DNA from: Myxococcota bacterium
GTDB lineage: Bacteria > Myxococcota_A > Polyangia > Polyangiales > Sandaracinaceae
Direction: 5' to 3'
NCBI GenBank assembly: GCA_036149055.1
Contig: JAYZQJ010000052.1
Span: forward strand, 1-17,883
Length of the DNA: 17,883 bases
Shown here: piece by piece, positions 9,201-15,856 of the stretch
Layout: every line of letters starts with the position of its first letter
Position numbering within the stretch: position 1 is the first letter of the stretch
The notes under the pieces: generated by a model
Seen by the model: the letters and a program-made list of their open reading frames with translations, nothing else
What the model was told of the DNA's origin: nothing
The model's database searches: none
Position numbers and translations under genes: made by a program

Positions 9201-10348
9201 ACCCGGCCGTCCTCGACCGTCGCGCCCATGCCCGCGCGCATCCCGGAGAGCGGCGCGCCCGAGGTGTCGACCTGGAGGATGAACTCGCCGAGCAGCGGCG
9301 GCTCGCCCTCGACCTCCATCGGGTAGACGTAGGTGCGCGCCCCGTCGCGGCGGTCGAGCCACTCGGTGTAGCGGAGGCGCACCCGGACGGTGGCACCGGG
9401 CGCGATCGGGTGCACGCGGGCGCGCAGCCGATCCGGGCCGTCGTAGGCGAGCTTGGCGCCCTGCACCTGGTTGTTCAGCCAGCTGAGCTGGTAGCCCGAG
9501 CCGACGCTCATCGCGTTGACCACCGCCTCCTGGAAGCCGGCGCCGCCCTGATCGATCGCGAACGACTGCACGATCGCGCCGCGGGGCAGTCGGATCACCC
9601 ACTCGCCCTCGAGCGTGTCGCTGCGGGCGTTGAAGAAGGTCTGGGTCACCTCGGTCGTCGCGAGGTCGCCGCTGAGCGAGACCCCGACCTCGTGCGCGCG
9701 GATCGGCAGCGGGGTGCGGGCCTCGCCGTTCTGGTCGGGGCGGCGGCCGGCGAGCACGCCGAGGTGGGTGGCCCGGGGGTGACGGGAGCGGCCCGGGTCG
9801 GCGAGCCCGCCGGTCCAGTCGTCCCACAGATCCGCCGGCTCGACCTCGGGCACCGTGGCGCCCGCGAGCACCACCCGCTCGCCCTGGCTCATGCGGTCGC
9901 TGCCGCCCTCGCTCACGTAGGTGAGCTCGCCCGAGCCGCAGTAGATCGCGGCGCCGGCGTCGGTCAGCTCGACCGCGAAGGTGGCGTCGTCGGCCCGCAC
10001 CGAGCCGTGCTCGGTCTCGATGGTGGTCTCGTTGGCGCTCGACGCGTCGACCCAGACCCGGCCCGCCTCGAGCCGGAAGGTCGAGAGCTGCACCGTGCCG
10101 CGGGTGTCGTGGTCGAAGAGGATCCAGGCGCCGGAGTCGAGCCGGACGCCGCCGCGGCCGTCCTCGGCGGTGACCGCGGTCGCGCCCTCCTCGACGCGCG
10201 CGGTGTCGATGACCCGCTCCGCGTCGCCGTCGCGCTCGAGGCTGAACCCGCCGCGGATCACCTCGGCGGTGGCGACGGTGGGCGCGGGATCGTGGTCGCT
10301 GCCGCAGGCGGCGAGGGTGAGGGCGAGCAGTACGGAAGCGCGCTTCAT
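6233..10348 (-). CDS. Large lipoprotein, paralog B (1371 aa): FecR-like, VIT, vWA, AgmX/PglI C-terminal, TPR, DUF2135-like
   Basis: Start at ATG 10348 (ATGA overlap with the upstream stop, GGAG RBS, lipobox LAA-C). VIT: LATTEVTQTFFN...RVHPIAPGATVRVRLRY. vWA: LLDVSGE, GGATDL, YLGDG. AgmX-type: CYERR...LSGEMVVEVEVDGDG...C...LPYP. TPR: PWARRRLGDLYRAHGWADDAYREY. Confidence 0.9.
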   Translation of the reverse strand: MKRASVLLALTLAACGSDHDPAPTVATAEVIRGGFSLERDGDAERVIDTARVEEGATAVTAEDGRGGVRLDSGAWILFDHDTRGTVQLSTFRLEAGRVWVDASSANETTIETEHGSVRADDATFAVELTDAGAAIYCGSGELTYVSEGGSDRMSQGERVVLAGATVPEVEPADLWDDWTGGLADPGRSRHPRATHLGVLAGRRPDQNGEARTPLPIRAHEVGVSLSGDLATTEVTQTFFNARSDTLEGEWVIRLPRGAIVQSFAIDQGGAGFQEAVVNAMSVGSGYQLSWLNNQVQGAKLAYDGPDRLRARVHPIAPGATVRVRLRYTEWLDRRDGARTYVYPMEVEGEPPLLGEFILQVDTSGAPLSGMRAGMGATVEDGRVVLRQSDFRPRADFYLDLYDEEAPPEDQVRAYVVTAPAEQGGGPAAEGQESYVLFDVPTETLVESEEGETPPLELVMLLDVSGETDPEDLEIARAVIEAVLRQVTPSDRVAIRLADVTAHAPDGAPEGLVPATEENREALLESIARVHLGGATDLDRSLRDAGQLVAGRPRAAVLYLGDGLPTTGDLDATALRATLATLDAPPRFFGLAIGDGANLELLRRLFDGHASRVEERTEAARTVMGVLAEAAAPTLRGVSIDLGENVERVYPRPPMLVQNGAHLRLVGRLVGPMPERVTVRGHFDGEPFEQRMSVRRDAVQDGGDIRKRWAQNRLGELVDEDAGREAMVDLGVRFSLVSPWTSLVVGGVYGGTVAPVQGFDHDPLAYAWGLGGGSPTVTAAELTSDAGGWRRRLGRAEVDVATAPESTWVSRVSDTDAPAPRESAGDGGLARAAVQRVLESRESGPRGCYERRSIVRPDLSGEMVVEVEVDGDGNARGVNIVRETVGDDDVRRCVETEIRGLPYPSTGAGGTVSVRHTLSFQMPEREFGARRQCSDASRQDLEVRRALWRERLAANSGVGGAISVWREAQRQCELSNWRARRTLLHMMIGQSGGVRGQVALYRAFRGNAAIADYLRRIILRNVRSPSDVEAVRAGLGLDVPVDWSLFSRLWKQNTDAAYRLRLVRRWLEVAPEEMDLRLRLLSLLEQTDELAEARRLARELRADPLADARVRTQVGEFWLRQDDEPEARRVFSELVERTPLDPWARRRLGDLYRAHGWADDAYREYRTLARLRPGDGAVLLLLARAAADAGRVDEALRLEQRLSESTDPSVHEGAAGMARLWTTVRLARLELDAETEEMRRAIRRRERESGALRDPPAIFAALTWRHPDDRPEMVVRYPSTDEDVGWEAVDLGGDDFGIYASRVREREDGEYLFEVRRADRDEIRDIEAELLVITGLGTDDERVARVPVTLARETEKRRFRLDGTEVTEVPAS

Positions 10349-13300
10349 CGGGTCTCCGTCAGGTCGGTGCCGGTCAGGTTCCAGGCGTAGGTGTCGCGCG
10401 AGGGATCGAAGTGCAGGTCGACCAGCTCGACCCGCTCGTCGTCCTCGCCCTCGTTCCAGATCACGACGAGCTGCGCGTCGACCTCGGTCAGCTCGTCCTC
10501 GGCCGCCATGCGGCGCACCTCGAGGCGGTAGGTGCCGGTCTCCTGCTCCTCGAGGTGGAAGGCCTCGAGGCCGTGCTCGGGCGAGAGATCGGTCGGGCGC
10601 GACGGGCTCAGCCCGGGGAAGCCGGCCCAGAGGCCCAGCTGCGCGTCCGGGTGCGACCAGACCAGGGTGACCCGGAGGTCCCCGGCCTCGCGCAGGATCC
10701 CGCTCCGGCGTCGCCGTCGCTCGAGCCGCTCGAGGCGCTCGTCGTCGCCCCGCGCCGCCTGCTTCAGCCGCGCGTAGCGCACGCTCGACCAGAGGAGCGC
10801 GGTGCGGGCGACGCCCTGCGAGGCCCCCGGCTCCGCGGTCTGCATCAGCCGCCGCTCGAGCCGCAGCGCCTCGTCCACCCGGCCCGCGCCCGCCGCGGCC
10901 TGCGCCAGGAGCAGCAGGGTCGTCGGGTCGTCGGGGCGGATCTCGGCGAGGGTCTGGTACTGCCGGTAGGCGTCCTCGTGCCATCCGTGGGCGCGGTAGA
11001 GGTCGCCGAGGCGGCGCCGCGCCAGCTCGTCGAGGGGCGCGAACTCCACGATCTCGCTGAACACCCGGCGCGCCTCGTCGGGCTCGTCGAAGCGGAGGAA
11101 CATCTCGCCGATCGCGGTGCGCACCCCCGGGTCGGCGAGCGGGTCGGCCCGCATGGCGTCCGCGAGCCGCTTGGCCTCCGCCGGGCGCTCGGCGCGCTCG
11201 AGGAGCGACAGGAGCCGGAGCTTCAGCTCGAAGCTGTCCGGGTACTGCCAGGTCAGCCGCCGCAGCGCGCGCACCTTCGCGGCCTCGTTCGGCGCGCGGT
11301 CGAGGATCTGCTCGACCAGCGCCCAGTCGATCTCGCTGCCGGTGAGGAACGCGCGCCGCACCTGCCGGAGGTCGTCGGGCGTGCGCACCCGCCGGAGGAT
11401 CTGCGCCCGCACGAAGCTCCGCCCGGACGGATCGCTCAGGAGCCGGTAGACGTCGACCATGCTCGACACGCTGCCCGCCCGGCCGAGCACCAGGCCGAGG
11501 AAGGCGCGCCGGTCGCGCCACGAGCGGGCCTCGCAGTCGCGCACCGCGTGGCGGTAGAGGCGCACCCAGCCGTGGGCGCTGCCTTCGGCGGCGAGCCGCT
11601 CACGCCAGAGGGCCCGGCGGTCGTCCAGGCTCAGCCCGGCCGCGTCGCTGCAGCGGCGGCGGCGATGATCGGCGCTCACCACCCGGGTCACGACGCGGGT
11701 GGCGTCCCCGCTCGGCCGCGCGACGTTCGTGTTGCCGCCGCCTCCGCCGTTGCTGACCACGAAGGGGTAGCGGACCATCACGCTCCCGCCGCCGTCGGGC
11801 GCGGGGAAGGTCCAGCGACGCACCGCGCTGGCGATGCAGCTCTCCACGGCGGCGTCGCCCAGCGTGGTCTCGGCGATCGACGACTGGGTGACCGCGCCGC
11901 TCGGCGAGATGGTGAACTGCGCCATCACCCGCCCCTCGAGCTCCGGGCTCTCCTGGAGTCCCTGCTCGTAGCAGAAGCGCACCTCGTTGATGTGGCGCCG
12001 GATCACCCGGCGGATCACCTCGCGGGAGAGCGCCCCGGTGACGGTGGCGTTGCCGGTCCGGACCCGCGGGACCGCGGCGCGTCGGTCCTCGGCCCGCGAG
12101 GCGCCGCGCCCGTAGCCGCTGCCGCTCCCGCCGCCGCCGCCGTGCCCGATCGTGCCCAGGTTGCCGAGCCCGATCGTGCCCTCGCCGCTGCCGCCGCCGC
12201 CGCGACCGGTGCCGCGCAGGCCGAGGCCGCCGGCCCCCGTCACTTCGTCGTTGCCGCCGACGTAGCCGAGCGCGCCGAGCTGATCGGCCAGGGCGTCGTC
12301 ACCGGCTCCGTCACCCAGCCCGTCGAGGCCGGCGAGCGGCGCGTTCTCGGCGGGCTCGGCGGCGGCCATCGGCGCGGCGGTGGCGGTCGAGCCCGAGCCG
12401 CTGCTGCCGGGGGCGCCGCCCCACGGGTCGACGACCTCCTGGCTGCGCTGTCGGGCCGGCGCGGCGGGCGGCGGCGGCGCCTCTTCGTCCGCCATCTCCT
12501 CGGCCTCCGCCATGTCGGCCATCGGCTCCTCCGGCGGCGTCGGCGCGCTCGCCGCCTCCACCTCGCGGGCGCCCATCGGCATCTCGAAGTCGCCCTCGGC
12601 CGCCGGCTCTTCGCTGGCCGAGAGCGCGCAGCCGGTGATCGCGAGCGGCCCGAGCGCCACCGCGCTCACCACCGAGAGCGCGCCGCCCTCTCGCACGCCC
12701 CCGACACGGAGCAGGGGGCGGTCGAGGTGTCGGAGCGCGGCCGCGCCCATCTGCTGCAGCTCGCGACGGCTCGGCACGTAGTAGCTGGTGAAGGGCGTGA
12801 TCAGGCCGTAGCGGGTGCCCAGCTCCGCCACCTCCTCGCGGCCGCCGCCGTCGAGCAGGAGCTGCCGCAGCCGCTCGGCCGCCCAGCGCAGCCGGAGATC
12901 GGTCGTGGCCTCGGTCTCGCCGACCTGGATCGGGATCGTCTCGGTGAACTCCGCGCCCGCGATCACGCCGCGCACGGTGATCTCGGTCGGCGCCCCGTCC
13001 CGGACCCGGCCCACCACCGGGAAGACCTCGCCGAGCACCGCGTCCATCGGGCGGCGCGGGAAGGCGTTCTCGATCCCGTTGCCGAGCTCGACCGTGACCT
13101 GGTGCGCGATCGGGCGCCCGGCGTGCGCGAGCAGCTCGAGCGCCGCGTCGGCCGCCTGGCTCCGCTCCTCGACGCGCATCGCGAGCCCGCCGCCGCGCGT
13201 CACCGCCTCGAGCAGCTCGAGGTTGGCGTCGCTCCCGACCGCCACCGCGTAGAGCCGCAGCGGGTCGGGGAGGCGGCCGAGCCGCTCGAGCAGGCCGTTC

Positions 13301-15030
13301 GCCTGCAGCTCGCCCACGGTGGGCGTTCCGTCGCCGACGTAGACCACCGCGCCCGCCCGCTCCGGGTCGAGCAGCGCGGCCGCCTCGGCGATCGCGGCGC
13401 CCAGATCGGTCGCGCCGCCGGCCGGCACCCGCGCCAGCCCGTCGAGCAGCCGCTCGATCCGCTCCGGCGTGGCCTCGCCGAGCGCGGCGTCTTCGCCATC
13501 GACCACCGACCGGATCGAGAGATCGGCGCTCACCACCGCGACCCGATCCTCGGGCCCGAGGTGCGCGGTCAGCGACTCGACGACGCTCCGGCCCAGCTCG
13601 AGGTGGCTGCGGTCGGTGGCCGCCGAGACGTCGGCCAGCACCACGAGGTCCATCGCCTCGGCGCGCTCCCCGCCGAGCGACGTCGGCAGCACGAGCGGGA
13701 GATAGAAGAAGCCGTGCTCGTCCGCCTCGTTCGGCATCGCCGGCGTGTTCGGGGCGCGCGCGGGCGGGAGGTACGGCGCGGTCCAGGCCCGCTGCGTCTC
13801 GCCCTCGCCGCCGATCAGCTCCAGCCAGAAGTCCGACCGGGGCCGGAAGTCGCTGCGCCGGATGCGCACCGCGCCGTCCTCGACCACCGCGCCCATGCCC
13901 GCCCGGACCCGCTCGGCGCCGGCCTCGCGCACGTCGGCGCTGATGGACATCTCCTGGATGTGCGGAGCCCGGGCGCCGCCGCTCATCGGGTAGCGGTAGA
14001 GGCGCGCCGCGCCGCCGGCCGGGGCGCGCAGCCACTCGGCGTAGCGGATCACGATGCGCCGCGTCTCGCCGGGCGCGATCGGATAGATGCGCGCGCGGTA
14101 GTGCCCGGGCGCGTCCCACTCCAGCAGCGCCGGATCCTCGGTCGAGCCCCGGTAGACCTGCCGCTCGTAGGCCTGCCGCGCCTGCGCCTTCTCGCGCACA
14201 TAGCCGTCGACGAGCCGGTCGTCGCGGTCGACCGCGAAGCGCTGGAGCACCGCCTCCCGGGGGACCGCGACGCGGTAGAGCCCCTCGACCGTCTCGCTGG
14301 CGGGGTTGAAGAAGAGCTGATCGACCTCGGTGACCGCGAGGTCGCCCTCGACCCGCACCCGCACGTCGAGCCGGCGCACCACCAGCGGCCAGCGCGCGAG
14401 GCCGACCTCGTCGGGCACGCGAGCCTCCAGGGTCCCCACGCCGCGCGGGCCGGCCGCGTCCGACGGACCCGGCCGGGCGAGCCCCCCGGTCCAGTCCTGC
14501 CAGAGCGCCGTCGCCTCCACCGCGGCCGCGTCCCCGAGCCGGAGGGTCTCGCCGGCCGCGGCGATCCCGCGCTCCGCGTCCTCCCCCTCGCCCCGTGACC
14601 AGGCGAGCTCGCCGCGGACCACGTAGGCCTCGAGGCCGCCGCCCTCCCGGCTCACCGAGAACGCCGCGTCCGAGGCCCGCAGCGATCCGCGCTCACCGCG
14701 CACCTCGAGCTGCTCCCCGGCGCCGGCCTCGACGAAGACCCGGCCCCCGCCGAGCTCCACCACGCCCTCGCCGCGCAGGGTGACGCCCGCGCCCTCGTCG
14801 AGGAGGAGCTGCGGCCCGTCGTCGAGCCGGATCCGCGCGAGCGCGTCGTCGCCCGCCTCGATCGTCTCCTCGGCCGAGACCCGGGTGATCACCGCGGCGG
14901 CCTCGCTCGAGACGCGCGTCTCCCCTCGGACGGGGATCACGGTGGCGACGGTCCCGTCGACCTCCTCGCTCATCCCCCCGCAGCCCAAGGCCGCGAGGAC
15001 CGCGATCACCCCGAACGTGCCTGCTCTCAT
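10345..15030 (-). CDS. Large lipoprotein, paralog A (about 1561 aa): FecR-like, VIT, vWA, Ala/Glu/Pro and Gly-rich linker, AgmX/PglI C-terminal, TPR, DUF2135-like
   Basis: Signal peptide MRAGTFGVIAVLAALG-C (alternative start 15048). VIT: LAVTEVDQLFFNP...EKAQARQAYE...DPALLEW...RIYPIAPGETRRIVIRY. vWA: LADVSAAT, GGATDL, YVGDG, followed by YGLITPFTSYYV. AgmX/PglI-C: GALSREVIRRVIRRHINEVRFCYEQGL...WTFPAP...YPF. C-terminus DLRVTLVW. Confidence 0.9.
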   Translation of the reverse strand: MRAGTFGVIAVLAALGCGGMSEEVDGTVATVIPVRGETRVSSEAAAVITRVSAEETIEAGDDALARIRLDDGPQLLLDEGAGVTLRGEGVVELGGGRVFVEAGAGEQLEVRGERGSLRASDAAFSVSREGGGLEAYVVRGELAWSRGEGEDAERGIAAAGETLRLGDAAAVEATALWQDWTGGLARPGPSDAAGPRGVGTLEARVPDEVGLARWPLVVRRLDVRVRVEGDLAVTEVDQLFFNPASETVEGLYRVAVPREAVLQRFAVDRDDRLVDGYVREKAQARQAYERQVYRGSTEDPALLEWDAPGHYRARIYPIAPGETRRIVIRYAEWLRAPAGGAARLYRYPMSGGARAPHIQEMSISADVREAGAERVRAGMGAVVEDGAVRIRRSDFRPRSDFWLELIGGEGETQRAWTAPYLPPARAPNTPAMPNEADEHGFFYLPLVLPTSLGGERAEAMDLVVLADVSAATDRSHLELGRSVVESLTAHLGPEDRVAVVSADLSIRSVVDGEDAALGEATPERIERLLDGLARVPAGGATDLGAAIAEAAALLDPERAGAVVYVGDGTPTVGELQANGLLERLGRLPDPLRLYAVAVGSDANLELLEAVTRGGGLAMRVEERSQAADAALELLAHAGRPIAHQVTVELGNGIENAFPRRPMDAVLGEVFPVVGRVRDGAPTEITVRGVIAGAEFTETIPIQVGETEATTDLRLRWAAERLRQLLLDGGGREEVAELGTRYGLITPFTSYYVPSRRELQQMGAAALRHLDRPLLRVGGVREGGALSVVSAVALGPLAITGCALSASEEPAAEGDFEMPMGAREVEAASAPTPPEEPMADMAEAEEMADEEAPPPPAAPARQRSQEVVDPWGGAPGSSGSGSTATAAPMAAAEPAENAPLAGLDGLGDGAGDDALADQLGALGYVGGNDEVTGAGGLGLRGTGRGGGGSGEGTIGLGNLGTIGHGGGGGSGSGYGRGASRAEDRRAAVPRVRTGNATVTGALSREVIRRVIRRHINEVRFCYEQGLQESPELEGRVMAQFTISPSGAVTQSSIAETTLGDAAVESCIASAVRRWTFPAPDGGGSVMVRYPFVVSNGGGGGNTNVARPSGDATRVVTRVVSADHRRRRCSDAAGLSLDDRRALWRERLAAEGSAHGWVRLYRHAVRDCEARSWRDRRAFLGLVLGRAGSVSSMVDVYRLLSDPSGRSFVRAQILRRVRTPDDLRQVRRAFLTGSEIDWALVEQILDRAPNEAAKVRALRRLTWQYPDSFELKLRLLSLLERAERPAEAKRLADAMRADPLADPGVRTAIGEMFLRFDEPDEARRVFSEIVEFAPLDELARRRLGDLYRAHGWHEDAYRQYQTLAEIRPDDPTTLLLLAQAAAGAGRVDEALRLERRLMQTAEPGASQGVARTALLWSSVRYARLKQAARGDDERLERLERRRRRSGILREAGDLRVTLVWSHPDAQLGLWAGFPGLSPSRPTDLSPEHGLEAFHLEEQETGTYRLEVRRMAAEDELTEVDAQLVVIWNEGEDDERVELVDLHFDPSRDTYAWNLTGTDLTETR

Positions 15031-15112
15031 CCTGCTCCCCTCGCGCATCGCGCCTGCTCCGACCCGGGCTCCCCCCCGGAGCTTGGAGCCCCGGCGGGAG
15101 AGTACTCCAACC

Positions 15113-15137
15113 GACCGAGCTTTCGGGGGAAGGTTCC
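15113..15137 (-). promoter_or_regulatory. Possible ECF-type promoter for the VIT/vWA operon (GGAAC-N17-GTC)
   Basis: Minus strand GGAAC (15137-15133), 17-nt spacer, GTC (15115-15113), about 65-85 nt upstream of the paralog A start. The motif is short and could occur by chance. Confidence 0.3.
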
Positions 15138-15202
15138 GGGTGAAATAGGCGGCGCGGGTGCCCCGTAGCGGAGGGTGAAATATCGTCTCCTCTCGCTCGT
15201 AG
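15138..15202 (+). promoter_or_regulatory. Two tandem SigW-like ECF promoters (GGGTGAAATA...CGTAG) upstream of the ECF sigma gene
   Basis: TGAAAT 15141-15146, N17, CGTA 15164-15167; and TGAAAT 15176-15181, N16, CGTA 15198-15201. Resembles the B. subtilis SigW consensus TGAAAC-N16-CGTA. Confidence 0.65.
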
Positions 15203-15208
15203 GGACCC

Positions 15209-15856
15209 GTGAACGCCGCCCGACCCCACCCCGCCACGATGTTCTTTCCCCTTCACTGGATGAGCGCCCCCGCGAGCCCGGCATACTCCGCCGAGCGGAG
15301 GACCGGCATCGAGGCGTCGCTGGAGCAGCGTGCGGGGGGCGGGGACCGGAGGGCGCTCGAGGCGCTGCTCCGCGAGCACGCGCGCGCGATCCACGACGTC
15401 TGCCGCTTCGTGGCCGGCCCTCAGGACGCGAAGGACGCCACCCAGGAGGCGCTCGAGAAGATCGTCACCGTGATCGAGAAGTTCGATCCGGAGCGCGGCT
15501 CCTTCCGCACCTGGGCCCTGACCGTGACCCGGAACGTCTGCCGGGACCGGCTCCGGCGCCGGGGGCTGGAGCGCCGCACCTTCGTGGCCGACGGGGACGA
15601 GGCGACCGGCTGGGTGGCCTCCGAGGCGCCGGGGCCGGAGCGCGTGGCGCTGGCCCGGATCGAGTCGGAGCGGCTGGCGGAGGCGCTCGAGACGCTGCCC
15701 GAGAAGATGCGGCTCGCGGTGGTGCTCTACCACGTGCACGGATCGACCTACGAGGAGATCGCGGCCACCCTCGAGGTGCCGATCGGCACGGTCATGACCT
15801 GGCTCCACCGCGGGCGGAAGCGGCTCCGGGCGGCGCTGCAGGAGGCGGACGCGTGA
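15209..15856 (+). CDS. ECF (sigma-70 group 4) RNA polymerase sigma factor
   Basis: Region 2: GDRRALEALL...DAKDATQEALEK...FDPERGSFRTWALTVTRNVCRDRLRR. Region 4: ALETLPEKMRLAVVLYHVHGSTYEEIAATLEVPIGTVMTWLHRGRKRL. Start is uncertain (GTG 15209, ATG 15239 or ATG 15260). Confidence 0.96.
   Translation: MNAARPHPATMFFPLHWMSAPASPAYSAERRTGIEASLEQRAGGGDRRALEALLREHARAIHDVCRFVAGPQDAKDATQEALEKIVTVIEKFDPERGSFRTWALTVTRNVCRDRLRRRGLERRTFVADGDEATGWVASEAPGPERVALARIESERLAEALETLPEKMRLAVVLYHVHGSTYEEIAATLEVPIGTVMTWLHRGRKRLRAALQEADA

Noticed and set aside
10349..11521. N-terminal 391-aa extension of the 1762-aa ORF (6233..11521), suggesting an overlapping gene or frameshift fusion
   Set aside because: The extension is Arg/Pro/Gly-rich off-frame translation of the paralog A 3' end. 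A proper start with RBS, lipoprotein signal and ATGA coupling exists at 10348, and no slippery site was seen.
6554..14598. Very long plus-strand ORFs (6554..10390, 10411..14598), and similarly 43..1137, 1413..3527, 1078..3540, 3187..5148 and 15748..17844
   Set aside because: Antisense or alternate-frame shadows expected in very GC-rich coding DNA, with no recognisable motifs.
6233..15030. Assignment to a MoxR/vWA chaperone system or an NTPase-linked vWA conflict/defence system
   Set aside because: No MoxR AAA+ or other NTPase, nuclease or effector domain is in the window, and both proteins are exported lipoproteins.
15066..15091. GGGCTCC/GGAGCCC hairpin with an alternative pairing in the paralog A leader, as a possible riboswitch
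   Set aside because: Short GC-only stems are common at this composition, and no known riboswitch consensus was recognised.
15049..15237. Upstream extension of paralog A to 15237
   Set aside because: It would run through the promoter region and into the sigma gene. The signal peptide starts at 15030 or 15048.
15175..15852. N-terminal extension of the 837-aa ORF overlapping the sigma gene
   Set aside because: Off-frame shadow of the sigma CDS. The anti-sigma begins at GTG 15853 with a GTGA overlap.
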